Origin: Nageia nagi
Taxonomy: Eukaryota; Plantae; Pinophyta
Reading direction: 5' to 3'
NCBI GenBank assembly: GCA_050084985.1
Contig: JBITNC010000001.1
Span: 33,604,001-33,668,000 of the forward strand
DNA: 64,000 nucleotides
Shown here piece by piece: positions 13,146 through 26,890 of the stretch. The position numbers and the translations under genes are program-made. The stretch's first letter is position 1, and each line of letters starts with the position of its first letter. The notes below the pieces were generated by a model. It saw nothing but the letters and a program-made list of their open reading frames with translations, ran no database searches and had not been told where the DNA came from.

Positions 13146-16100
13146 TGTATCCAAATAAGGATCATGCTCAAATGTGCCCTAGAAGGGAATTTACCTTCTT
13201 ATTTAGATCTAGCTAATGTAATTTAAATAGATTAAATAACCTAATATATTATATTAGCAATAATAAATTTAACATGCAAAATAGCTCCAATAATTGAACA
13301 TTGCGATAAGGCAAATAGAAATTAATTGAGAAATGACACGTTCTATGCACTCCAAAGCATAAGAATAGTTACAACAAAATGTTAAAATAATTGAATTTAT
13401 TAATATTATAGAAGATAATTACATAAATATATTTTTGACTAAGGTTGCACCAAGACTAACTCTAATAGGGTTTTTTGGATGCTTTAGGGCTCACCAATCA
13501 TAGCAATAGCAAGCCCAATCTAAGGTTCCTACTTCTATGATGAACCAACAAGTTTACTCTCCCAAATTATTAGAAAGTCAAGACTACCTTCTATCACCTA
13601 AGATCCAATGCAGACCTAACATCTACAAGTTAGTAAGAAATTTTTTCACACTCAATCAATAAAAGGGGTTAATCAAATATTGCATTCTTATATTTTAGGA
13701 GTTCTCTTTATATGGTAGGTGATCACTTTAATCTTGTAATGACTTGATCCAATAGTGAAGAAAGTAATCTGTGTGCTCAAATAGACATGTTAGATGGGAG
13801 TATTAGATCACCATAATCACTCCAAGATCCTCACATCACCTATACGTGCATTTCAAGTGTGCAGTCATAATATTACCTAGAATGCTAATTACAATCCAAT
13901 GGCAATATGTAGCATCATTAAGGAGACTAATATTGATTGTAATCATTAATGTGTCTTGAATGTGTAACAAATTGGCTACAAAATCAAGTATTATTGCACA
14001 TAAATCTTATGGCCATTTATTACATAGACATACAAAATGACCATAGAGTCCTACTTTCCATGTGTAGGATTTCTAAGTGAAAATTACATAAAATATCTAA
14101 TAAAATAAATCACTCCTATATAATGAAATATTAATTGCACATGCTCAAAGTAAAGTACATCACTCCCAATAAGAGTAATCACAAATCTCGTATGCATATA
14201 ATGAAAGAACTAGCCGGATGAGTGAACTTCAAGTGTCAATAAATTCCTCATTTCTTGATCAAATAGGTCATGTAACTTGTAAAAATCATTAGTATAAGGC
14301 CCTCTTTCCATTCTATGTGTTGAAACATTCATTTTTGGCTTGTGGAAAACATAATCTCATCAAATTAAAAAATGAGTAAAGCCTTACAAATTGGGGACAT
14401 TACAAAACCACCCCTCCAAATTTACATTCCTCAAGCAATGTTAAAACATTTGCCAACTTGATAATATCCCAATTTAATTATGAATTAAGTTCTTTATGTT
14501 TCTATGGTGCTGCTTTGATTGCAATTTTTTCATGCCACGATGGTACTCTTTTCATTTAGGTAACCTTGGAGTTAAGACTAGATATGAGAGCAAAGAGTGT
14601 TACCCCAACTACATTTATTGCATATTCCATCATGATATTCTTAGCATCAAGATCCATATGTGTTGCCATTGTGCATGACACATAAGCACTCATGAAACCT
14701 ACCAATAATTTTGGTGTACTTAGTATAGTCTTTAGTAGGAGATAGTCATTCTTCTAATCATTCGATGTCCCTTGATGCCAAGTAAAGTGCTTCAAGAGTG
14801 GTTCCCAAGCTATTGTTATTGTACACTTCATCATGATCTTATCAATATTGATATTCATACATGATTCTCCTTACAATGTTATTATGTTCAATGAATGAAC
14901 ACGTATGTTATCCATATTATGATCAATCCAACTAAGTTGTAGATAAGTTTGTAATTCTTCTCCTTAGATCTATCATATCTCTATTTAGTACAATTTTTTT
15001 GCCAACAACCTTTAAATAAATAATCCATAGCTTTCCCTCATTATTCACCCTATAAAATCATCATCTTGCAATGTGATGTCCTCTTCATTATCTTATTCAT
15101 AAATTTCTCCTTTGTCACTTTCTTCAATATTAGAGATCTCTTCAATCAAATAACCAAAAAGAAATTTAATAATTTTGCTTTCTTCATCATTCATAGGATT
15201 TTAGATTGTTTCATGCTTAGTTTCCTTAGTTTCAAAGTATAGCCCCCCATGTTTAGGTGATGGTGCCATGATACTCAAAATGTTGAATACAAATTGATGT
15301 CTAATGCTTCATTTCTCTCCAGTGTTCAATGAAATCCTTAAAAATGCTACAAAGGTTTCCAAGCTCTCTTTTTTATTAGTGTCTATCTCCAAGTCTCTTA
15401 AGTATCAAATGAATGATTCTAAGCTCATAAACTCCTTAAATTTAACTTTAAGATCTCCAAGCTCTCTAAAAGTTCAATGTTTTCCCTTAGACTCTCATAT
15501 TCAAAATTGCCTCTCAAAAATGTTGTGCTTTCTTCCTACTACCCACATCTTGCTTTATGGGGTTCTATAGTGGCTCAAACCTTACTTTTTACAATTGCAT
15601 CATGTTTTCCCTCCAAGATTCAAAGTTTGCACAATAAAGCATGTAATCTAAAAACAATACCTTATCACTCTTGTTTTTAATTTGCTCATCAAATTAAAAT
15701 AATAGATAAATAAAATTCCTTATAACTCCTAAAAATAATTTTATTTTCCTAAAAATGAATTAAAAAATATTTTTGTATTTTTCTCAAATATTTTTTCCCT
15801 TATTTCTTCTAAAACCCAAATAAAATATTTTTTATCTTGTTTCTCCTTATTCCTCCTACTAAAAAAAATAATTAAAAAATTCCAAATTACTCAAACCTAG
15901 ATTTTAATTTATGCCATGGTAAACTGATCAAATCTCAAACCTATGGTTTATGGGCCCCAAAAGAGATTCCAAATAAATTTGTATCCTCTTTGAAGCTCAA
16001 TATTCACACATAAACTAGAATAGTGAAGAATTAAACTCCAAATTCTCATTAACTATGCCAAGATCTCAGATGTCCAAGCTTAATTGGGTGAATTTTTGTA

Positions 16101-18688
16101 GACTTGTAGCAAGTCAATTCTTCTCATCACCCAACATATCACTTCCAACTATTAGATCCTAGAAATAACTACAAATGATCTAGTGTATCCTTCCAAGCAT
16201 CCATGGTGGAAAGACCATGATGAAATCTTATCAATACTAGTAAATTAACTTTTTATTTCCAACACCCTCCTTGCAATAACTCCAAAATGTAAATTTCTCA
16301 GCAAATTCTAACCAAAATGTCCAACAATCCTGCAAAATCTCTTAGTTCTTGAACTCCATGCTAAAAATCTAATAATACCTATAATTAGATGTCACTAGTG
16401 ATGTAGACACTACTCAAAATTGACCTCAGCAAGCCAACATCTCCTTCAAAATGCAACAAGGTTCTTGAAAACTCTTTTAAAATTCTAACATGTAACTTAA
16501 AATGAACTCAAAATGCAAAAAAAACCTTTGAACATATATTATAATACCATGTCCACCTTAGAATTATGGCATTAGAATGTAGATCTATCCTTTGAAATAC
16601 CTTTAGAATGCCAATTTTTGAATCAAAATGGTCTCAAAATGTAGAACAACCCTTCAGTATTATTGCAATATGCCAAATTCCACCACCAAATATCTTCAAA
16701 GTGCTAAACAAGTCTCATAACTTACTTTTGAATGCCTACATCAACCTTAAAACTACCAAACAATCTCAAATACAAGCCCTTTCAGCCCAAATGAACCACT
16801 TCTTACCTCCTCAAACCTTAGATTCAAGTAATGAACTTAAAATTTAATGGGAAAAGATTAGAAATTTTAAAAATTACATCTCACCAAGCTATACAAACCT
16901 CCTTAAAGTCTCAAAACTCACATTTATGATCAAAATGGGTTCAATGAACTACCAAAAGAGTGAGATCTAGCTCCTAGACCTCCAACATCTCATTCCTAGT
17001 GTTCAAATCCAACAAATTCACTTCAAAACTTTCATTATGAGCTTAAGTTAATACCATTATGATGTTATCTCTAGATCTTCCAACTGGAAGATAATATGTC
17101 TTCAATAATTCCTCCTTCTTACCCAATAGAAAAGGGCAAGATCTCCTCAACAAGTGTTACCATTGTGAACTGGTACCACTATAGTTTTTAGCTCCTTTAG
17201 AAATCTCCTTAACTCTTACCAATAAGACAACAAGAATCCCTTCTCAACTAAAATCAGAAATCCTTTTCCTTTGTGTGTGATACCCTTGATTCCAGTAGGA
17301 TGTCAAAATCAAGGCTTTGATACCACTGTGATGATCCCAAATTGGTAGATCATGCTCAAATGTGCCCTAGGAGATGGATGTTTTCCTTCTTGCTCTATAT
17401 CTAGCCAATGCAACTCAAAGTAGCATAAACAACCCAACAACTAGCTAGATTAACAATAATGAAAATTTGAACATGCAAAAGTAGCTCCTAAAACCCAACA
17501 TTATAATAAGGTAAGGCAAAATATAAATTTAACTATAAAACAACACTTCCAAATCCAACATCCAAGCACAAGAGAACCATTACAACAAAATGACATAGAT
17601 AATGTAATTGTATTGATATAAGAATGATGAAAGCACAATTACATAAATATATTTTTGTGCCTAAGGAGCTTGCACCAAGACTATCTCCAATAGGGTTGTT
17701 TTGGATGGCTCCAGGGCCTCACCAATCATAATGATAGCAAGGCCTAGGCTACGGCTTCCCTACTCCTCTATGATGGAACTAATAATGTTCCTCTCCCGAA
17801 TAACTAGAGTAAGCTTAAGGCTAGCCTTGTATCACCCTAAAACCTCAAATGTATACCTCTACCTACAATTGGAAAATAAATAGTTCTCACACTAAATCCA
17901 ATAAAATGGGGGTTTAATCAATAATACAACATATCTCTTATGTTATAGGAGTTCTCCTTTTATAGGCATGGGTGATCATCTTCTAACCTTGCAGTGACTT
18001 GATCCAATAGTGAAGAAGAGTGATCCATGTGCTCCAAATGCTAATGTCCAATATGGGGATTCTTGGGATCATCATAATCACATCCAACAGTTCTCACATT
18101 CATCTATGTGTGCAACATCCAAGTGTGGGAGTCATAATATTTCCTATGGATGCCAAATTATAGAATTTAATGGCCAAGTATGCAATGTCCCATTAACAAA
18201 AATAATATTGCATTTATAATCATTAATGTACCTCAAGATCGTGTATTACAAGTGGCCTACAAACTTTCAAGTATTATTGGCATGTAAATACTTATAACCC
18301 ATTTATTGCATAGAAATAATAAATAATGATGCATAGAATCCTATGTTCCATGTTAAATGATTTTCAAGTGGAAATTACATGAAAACATATCTAATTAAAT
18401 ATAAATCACTCCTAGATTAATTAAATATCAATTCTACATCCTTAAAGGATGGACATCACTCTCAAATAAGAGTAAAACACATATTATAAGTAGATTAGCT
18501 TGGTTGGTGAACTTCAAAGTGCCATAACTTTCTCATTTCTTGACTAAAATAGATCATGTAACCTATCAAAATCATTGGCACGAGGTCATATTTCCATTTT
18601 AAGGTGTTGAAACATCCATTTCTAGCTTGTAGAAGATATAATCTCAAAAATAAAAATGAGTAAAACCTTACAAATTGGGTACATCACA
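13146..18688 (-). mobile_element. Old LTR retroelement (Gypsy- or LARD-like) with ~1.3-kb diverged LTRs and no intact ORF
   Basis: Long direct repeats ~13146-14404 and 17327-18688 (both contain GATCATGCTCAAATGTGCCCTAG...CCTTACAAATTGGG.ACAT.ACA). PBS TGGTATCAAAGC at 17314-17325 (-). PPT GGAGGGGTGGTTT at 14405-14417 (-). No clean TSD. Confidence 0.8.
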
Positions 18689-19253
18689 TGATCCCACCAT
18701 TTTCATTCACAAACTGTTCTACAAACATTTTGGTCATAATGTTGTGGTTTTCTACTTGGATCCCATATCACCCAATAGAATGCTCATTTACAATATTATA
18801 CATCTTCACATAATGAATAAACCTTTGTATCATAAGCATAGATATATTATCCTAAAGTAGTCTTTCATATGATATGGGTTAGCATCATCACCTAATGGAA
18901 TAATTATCATATTCCTATGTGCTTAACCACAAGAAATATGTCTACAAGTTACCCTCACCTGGTAACCATAATTTTATTGAGTGTTATCCCTATATCTTAT
19001 AACTTGTCAAAGGTATAGAACACTAGCTTACCCATATATATCAGCTAGGTCCCCCATGATACATGGCATCCTTGTACCCATATCTTAGATAGCCATGGAT
19101 ATTATAATAATACCCTCAAGTGGTTTATTTTATCTAATCATCTTATTAAATAAGTTATAAAGTAAAAACCACCCCATAACATTTTCCTTATAGATAATTA
19201 GTACTGAATCAATTATTGGTCTTCTAGTTTTTACTACTTATTTAATTATAAGT

Positions 19254-19800
19254 TGTAGACACCTAAAAATGATTTATTATTTATTTAATAAATCATATTT
19301 AGACTTCCTAAGTGACTTATTGCAATATTACAAATATCAAGATAAAGATGATATTACAATATGCTAAGGCCAATGCAATGTTATATGCTATGGTTCATAT
19401 TTCAATTTATCTTGAATACAAGAAAGTTTATATTATTGCTAGAGGTTAGCCTTCGATCCTCTCTATGTCTTTGCAGGCTATATATGCGAATGGAATAGGT
19501 TGACCTCCACAAATCGGATCACTATGATAGGTGGTTGTCCCATACATCATACTTACAATATCTTTTGATGCCACCTATTAGAAGATTTGTTTGCTCTGAG
19601 CTATTATTATATGCTATATCTTGCCTATTGTATAATTTTGTAGGTTTTATGACATTTACATTGGAGAGTTCATACATCACCCATGGTGTGCATCTTCATG
19701 ATCCAAAGCTACAAAAAAAGGAGGCAATGAATGCTAGTCTACACTATCCATTATCTTCTGCATGCTTGCCTTTGGTCAGATCTAGTCCTCCATAGAACTC
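19254..19800 (+). mobile_element. Probable LTR fragment beginning TGTAGACACCTAAAAATG
   Basis: The TG start resembles the minus-strand TGTAGACATTTAA end at 48782. Right boundary not resolved. Confidence 0.35.
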
Positions 19801-20811
19801 TATCATACCTTGAGGATTTCCTTATCATAATCAGGTGCACACTTTTCATTTATTTATCTGCATATCTGAATCAGTGTTATCCTGGTAGATTTATTTTATA
19901 TGTATATTAGCTATTTACAAAATTTATTGTCTACACAAGTCATGGTATTCTAAGTATCTCAATCAAAATAAATTGAAAGGTATTTTTCATAAAGCATATA
20001 TCAATTATGATATGTATTTAAATCAAACATAATTGCAACTTATAAAATAATCATAGCATTTAATCATTGATAATAATCATTCCAAGCATGCTTAGGAAGA
20101 AAACATAGATATGATCAACAATGCTTCATAAGAAAAATCCCACATGCATGACTCGATAAGAGGAATATCACTTTATAAGTATGACTTTACCAAAGAGTAT
20201 TAACAAATCCTAATAACCCTTTAAAGTTAGCTACTCCTAGCAAGGGAGTGCAATATACAATGGTCCTCACATAAGGAATATTTTAGGATAAGATATTCTT
20301 ATCATTTAGTAAAATCATAATACCCTTTTTTCTATTCCTCTTTATTAGTGCAAACCATTAGATTTCTATTTATTATTATGATTAATCCATATTTGATACC
20401 AACCATGAGTCAAAACATCATAAGAAGAGTTCTCACACATTTGACTTTGTACTTTAAGTCAATTATCAACCATTAGTATGTTTATCCATCATACTTACTT
20501 TAGGTTTCTCATTTTTCCTCATTAACAAACCAATTTATCATGTCACTATCAGTTTAAACATTACTTTATAAAACATTATAGTCACCAACACATTTTTCAA
20601 ACATCCTAGAGTTTTATTATACTTCATTATATTATTTCCCTAGATAATCTTTTAATTCTAGTAAAATCCTTTGATATAGATTCAATATCTCATTAATTCA
20701 TTATCTTAATGATCTTTATGCTTACTACTATTCAAAACTTTTAGAGGTTCTAACATACAACTTCTCTTTTTAATAACAATCCATGTACTCTTATGAACTT
20801 AAAACCTAAGT

Positions 20812-20834
20812 TATATATATATATATATATATAT
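20812..20834. repeat. (TA)n microsatellite
   Basis: Direct observation. Confidence 0.9.
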
Positions 20835-22373
20835 TTCATTTATGCATACCATATCATTGAATTATATTTCTAATGTCATCATATTTTATAATGGTTATAA
20901 AATTATTTCAATCACTACCTATTTAGAACTAAGCATGCTCTAAGCATTGGTTACTATATCCTTTATTGCATTTACTCTATGCAAATCTTACGATCTATTT
21001 TCTTCATAAGATCTTAATTGTTACAATTCCCTATTGCTCTCAAATGAGTTAGATTATTCATTCATTGTAATAAATAAAATTACTTTGTTCATATAATATT
21101 TGAACCTCATTATACCCTTATAGTTATATTATGCAAACATGTAATTGCTTATTCATTAAATGGGTGTATCAAATTATGATCATACCTCTAACTCTTTTAG
21201 AATTAGATATAGTTCATGTATACTCATATTGTATAATCTCAAGTTTTCTTTTCTTTAAAGTATTAAGCCCATTAATTGACATATACCAATGATAATTTTC
21301 TAAACAATACTCTAATCATGTAATATCAACAAGTAGTTATATATAATCCCTAATCTTTTAATTAGATCTTGGAGAAAAATCTTACTAAAGAATTTATAGC
21401 CAAGTGTAAAATTCTTAGCTTTACACAAATGTTTAAATGTATACATCAAATGGTTTACTATAAGAATAATACCCTTTAGAAGAATATATAAGACCTTGTA
21501 TGGAATCTACAACTTTTGGGTATCTCTAGATTGTAACACAACTTGTCTGAATGAAACACAATTTATTTCCATAACATTTTTGAACATCAAAAATTAGAGG
21601 TTTGCTAAGTGTATGAAGTGCAATAACCCCTTGTTCAAATACATTACTAAAATTTATGAGTATTGTTATAATCAAAATAATAATAATTAATGTTATTTAT
21701 AGTATTTAATTTAATCAATTTATCACTAAATAGTAATAAATCAAAGTAGTGAATATGATGATAATGACCTAATTGACCTTGACCTATCAAATTGGATTTC
21801 CAAAAGATACAAACTTATACTTTACCTATCATAATGAACGAAGGTGATATTCGATCAAAAGGAGACAAATGATAAGCTTCCCCGAAGAATAGAACCACCA
21901 ATCTAATCTCAACCCAACAATAGTGCTAGGATCCCAACAATATCTTCTGGTTACCTTTCCACAATGCCTTTCCCTTTCACTCAATATCATCATCACATCT
22001 TTGATGCTCAAAATATCACACTTAAATGGATTGAAAATATCACATGAATGCAGGGTCCAATGTATAACAAAATCTAGATATGATAGGTGATGTTAAGAAA
22101 TACCAATCAAGAATTATACAAGTATATTACCACCTATCAAGGATTCAAGATCATGTCATAATTGCTTATGCACAACCCTTCCACCTTTATAAAAAGCAGG
22201 TCTAGTACCAAGGCTTCTCCTTGGGCTTATGGTGATATCAACCAATTTGTTATCATAAAACATAGAGGTAGATGAGAGTGCACAATGATAATATCATTTA
22301 TTTTATTGATTAAATAAATTATTTTAAATACCTATAAGGATATTTAGCCTAAATTAAAAAAAAGGTGTTAACA

Positions 22374-24364
22374 CATGCCCCACTTTGAATATGATTTGAT
22401 GCTATTGGGGAAAAAGACAATCAAAGGATAAATTCAAAAGTATAACAAGATAAGTAAGAAGATACTCCTTGAAAAAATTTCTTCATGGCTGCAACATTAG
22501 ATGTCCCAGTTTTTCATCACTATTATGCCTCCTTTTTGGCTTGGTTATGATATGATGGACCTCTCATCATAGGAGCAATCCAAGGCAAATATAAAGGAAC
22601 CTAAAAATAACTTAGACAAGAAACATTTTTGTACAAGATATCTCAAACATAGACATTAAATGTCAAAATATGTAAAGCATTTAAATAAATGATAAGATAT
22701 CAAATCGACCCTTGGTGAATTACTCACCAAGAGTATGAAGATAGATTTCCAACTTATGTGATAATCTTGGATTCTTAAGCCATCATGTTGCCGTGGATTT
22801 TGATAATAATGGCCCTGCCTTACAAAGGTGTTAAATGCTAAGAGTGATCAACTTGATTTTCCAAGCCACCATGTTTCCATGGGTTTTTGATGAGAATGAC
22901 CCTCCCTTATAGAGGCGTTAAGTGATAAGAATGCCCCTTCCTTATAGAGTAAACAAATGATAAGAGTGCCCCTCTCTTACAGAGGAAGTTGATGATAAGA
23001 GCAATAACATGATATGAAAAGTATTTTTAACATATGATAAGATATGATAAGAATCAAATAAGAATGCTTTTGATAAGATATGATAATAACCATATGATAA
23101 GTGATATGTGATAAGAAATGACATCAAATTTTTTATAAAAAAGAAAGGTAAAATAATGAAATTGATCACCTTTTTTATATACGTGTTGTGAATAAGGAGA
23201 AAATATTTTAAAAATTCATGATTTTGATCTCCTTAAAGTAACGACATTGCCAGGATTACAACAAAATTATTGGGTTCATTTCTTATTTTTCCAAAATGTT
23301 AGTAACCAAAAAATGCAAAAATAAATATAACATAAAAAATATTAGATATAAAATCTTTTCATATGCATAACATTGATTGGATTCCTTTCTTCTTTACCTT
23401 CAATTATGGATAATTTATATGCACCTTTTCCATAATTTGAAATGACAATGTAAGGACCTATCTAGTTAGATTCAAGCTTGCCTTTATTTTTGTTCTTCAA
23501 TGCTTTTGTATTGGAAATATTTTCTTTTAAGACTAGATCACCTACTTTGAACTCTTTAGGCTTGATCTTTTTACCATAGGCTTTTTAGATTCTAGAGTGA
23601 TAAATACGAAGGTGTTCTGGAGCATTTATCCTTTTTTCATCTAAGGTCTCTAATGGGCTAGCCTATCTTTTCTTTTATCTTCAATGTAATGAGACCATCT
23701 AATGGAACTATAGTTTCATCACCATACATTAAGGAGAAAGGGGTTGCACCTACAAAAGTACTTATACTTGTTCTATAGACCCACAAAATATAAGGGAGTT
23801 GTTAATGCCAATCTTTACCATGCTTTTCAACAATTTTGAATAAGATACTTTTTATGACTTTATTAGAGGTTCCTTCTTGACCATTACCTTGAGGGTAATA
23901 AGGTGTAGAGAATTTTCTTTCAATATGATATTTGTTACAAAAATCTCTAACTGCATTACCTTTAAAGCTTGTACCATTATCCATGAACAATTTAGAAGGC
24001 ACACCATATCGAGAAATGACATATTCAATTAGAAATTCAACAATTTTATGTCCTTTTGTTGACTTCATGGGAATAGTCTCCACCCATTTTGTGAAGTGTT
24101 CTATAGATGTAATGATAAACTAATGACCATCTCTTGAAATAGGGTTATATTTACCAATAAAATCAAGTGCCCAAATAGAAAAAGGCCAAGGAGAAGCAAT
24201 AAAGTGTAATCCATGAGAAGGTAAAGGTTGAAGGTTAGCATTCTTTTGATATTTTTTACATTTCTTAACATGCAATTCATAATCTTCAAGCATAGTAGGC
24301 CAATAATAACCTAGTTTAAGCAATCTTTGATGAATCAATTTAGCATTAAAGTGTCCACCACATT
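22374..24364 (-). mobile_element. Ty3/Gypsy Tat/Ogre-like remnant: integrase, 3' tandem-repeat spacer and PPT; its LTR continues leftward from 22373
   Basis: ORFs GYYWPTM...PWPFSIWALDFIG and YGVPSKLFMDNGTSF...STPYYPQGNGQ (integrase, ~23355-24364). PPT CAAAGTGGGGCATG followed by TGTTAACA on the minus strand. ~35-bp tandem repeats at 22800-23000. Confidence 0.88.
22800..23115. repeat. Tandem repeats in the Gypsy 3' spacer (~35-bp GATAAGAATGCCCCTCCCTTATAGAGG units, then ATATGATAAG units)
   Basis: 3-4 degenerate 35-mers followed by ~10-bp units; this position is typical for Tat/Ogre elements. Confidence 0.75.
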
Positions 24365-26890
24365 TGTTGACTGATCAAATCGATTGAAAGGGTTCTTATC
24401 TACAATAGAGAATCGATGAGCAAATGGAAAGAAATAACAAAATTAAAAGAGACACACAAATGAGCCACAACAAAAGGAGGTCAAACCTTTATTAATAATA
24501 ATAATTGGTACAAGTGTTTACAATAATGAAGTGATAACTCTTTCCACTTTCACTCTACTATTGTCTCTCTCCTTATTAGCCTTATTCGATGGCTTGGGAG
24601 ATGTGCCTTTTTTATCAATGATGGTTGGATGATGGTAACTAATAGTATTCAGTTATTTAGTAGCTTGATTAGAGTCGACTAAACTTGAGATATGAAATTC
24701 TCTCTTACTAATATCCTCCCCAACTTAATCATTTGGCTTGTCCCCAAGCCATGCATTAGCATCTTATCCCATCAATAATTAATCTTTGATGTAGGAAGTC
24801 GAAGTGAAGTTGCTCTTGGGTTCTTCTTTTGATCCTCATTATGAGATTCACACTCCTCTTATGGTAACATTTCTATCATTTATTAGGAGACATCAACACT
24901 AGATCATTGGATTGTACGAAGTAATTACTGAAATCATACATTATTTTTATTTTTGGTATTTTATCGACTATCTACTCAATTTCATGTGATTATACCCAAA
25001 AGTTAATTGGTATGAACCTAAACGAGTGCCAGAACTAGAGGTGGGTAGCATAGTCTAAGATAATTCGAAGAGTGGGACACCACTAAAACTATAGTGCTTT
25101 AATCATCATATGAAGTTCAAAGTCCTCTTCTAGAAACAACTGTCGAGTATTGGCTTTTATGAGCAACTTCTCTCTAACTCCCAAGCATACAAATTCCTTT
25201 TCTTAAAGATTTCAATAATAATGGTGATTAGGATCTCAATCGAAAGGTACAAGACTTTGTGTAAGTCCAAGGTAGCAATAGTGCAAATAGGATTCCTCTT
25301 CCTTTTCGATTGTTTCTTTTGGGCTTGTAGAATTCAGGTGAGTTTCTCGAAAATCATTTTCAGTTGACAGATACTTCAAGTTTAATGTTGGACTTGGGTT
25401 CTCCAAAATCAAAATACATTTGTATTACTAACCTTTGAGTGATATGATCATGTGAAGTATTCAGTGTAATCAAATACTACTCTTACATACGGTAATCTCA
25501 GCATAATCCATCCCAATACTCCTTCGCTTACTATGGGGCATCAGATATAATAATTTTTGGGATGGTATTCTATGTCTTTTTGCTACGCATCTTAGCCATA
25601 TCCGAAGAGTTTCATATGGCCAATAATATAAGAAAATCAATTAGAGTGTAGTGAACTCATATTCGTCCTCTAAAAACATTAAGTGAGCTTCTATGACTAT
25701 GATCAAATCTTCATCCCTAACTTTCATCTCCCATCCATCCACTTCTAGGTGATAATTCATTTGTAAGATTAAACTCCTACCAGGTTAGGTTGTTGTTAGG
25801 AATTGATATATATCTAGTTTGGAACAAGGGAACAACTCTAAAGGATAATGATTCGCATCACAAACTTCACAGTATAATCGATGAGCCATTGAGTTGATAT
25901 TTCTTGGGGATTGTTTCTTCCCTAGCTAAAATTTTTTTCTAAGGAAGTCACCAAGAACATTATTCTTTATAGTTGATTCCTTTTATAAGTGATCATTTTT
26001 GCTTAAATAATTTATCGATTTCCATTACTTATCTATTTTTAGTAATCGTCTTTTAGTTATTTTCAACTTCTTTCTTTATATCTTTATTATTTATATTAAC
26101 ATCATAATTTGAGCAAAAAGAGACCTTTATTGTATTACTTCAAAAATTACAATCATTTGCAAATCATCCATTAACAACTATCTTTAGTGTCTACTAGATT
26201 ACATTTTGCTTCAATGCTTTTTCATCTCAACTTGAATACATGGCACAACTGAATTCTCTCTTACAACATCACCGGTAGGAGAGTCACCAGTATACTATTG
26301 CAGTTATTGTTGAATGGGGATGAGTATTGAAGGTAGGGGTTGATAGGATTGAACTTAGGTTGAGCTGAATATTTCTCCCATTAGAGAATCCAAACCTTTG
26401 TATCATGGTTGATTTGTCGATGGAAAGCAATAAGCTAAACTCTAACTTTGATTTCTTAAAGGGAGTTGGTTATTTCCTTTAGTGATAAACTCTTACAACT
26501 GGGTTATCTATTTGTGATGCACATTGTTGATCTACTGAAGCTCATTGAGTGTATTTTTTTATTGCAATTTTCTTTTCTTTTTTCTACTTTTTTAGGGCTA
26601 ACACTTGGTGGTTGATTGTTGTTAGCTCCTAGATTTATATCGGTTAGGAATGGAATTGATTTTGTATTGCTTATACATGTAGTTGGAACTCAACCAATCT
26701 AGATCTCAGGATCAATCTTATCAGATCTTTTAAAGAACTCATCATTAAACGAGCATACTATTTGTTGCTCTCTAATCATGGTAGTATTTCTCTACCTTTT
26801 CCTAATTTTTAGGTTATATGGAACCAAATCCAATCTAAGAAATCTTCTACCTTGCATACAGAAGCCTCTTAAACAAACTCAAGTTTTGAT
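24365..26890 (-). mobile_element. Athila-like Gypsy remnant nested in the Tat integrase (3' LTR ~24365-24713, decayed gag/protease)
   Basis: The integrase stops abruptly at TGTTGA (24365). The minus strand shows CTTGGGGACAAGCC...TTAAGTTGGGGAGGA just before the LTR, an Athila-type PPT region. Weak protease-like residues at ~25500-25720. Right boundary uncertain. Confidence 0.6.

Noticed and set aside
22800-23115. Regularly spaced repeats (also 51800-51930, 52680-52840 and 55338-55551) resembling CRISPR arrays
   Set aside because: Degenerate tandem units without unique spacers, inside plant TEs, and no cas genes.
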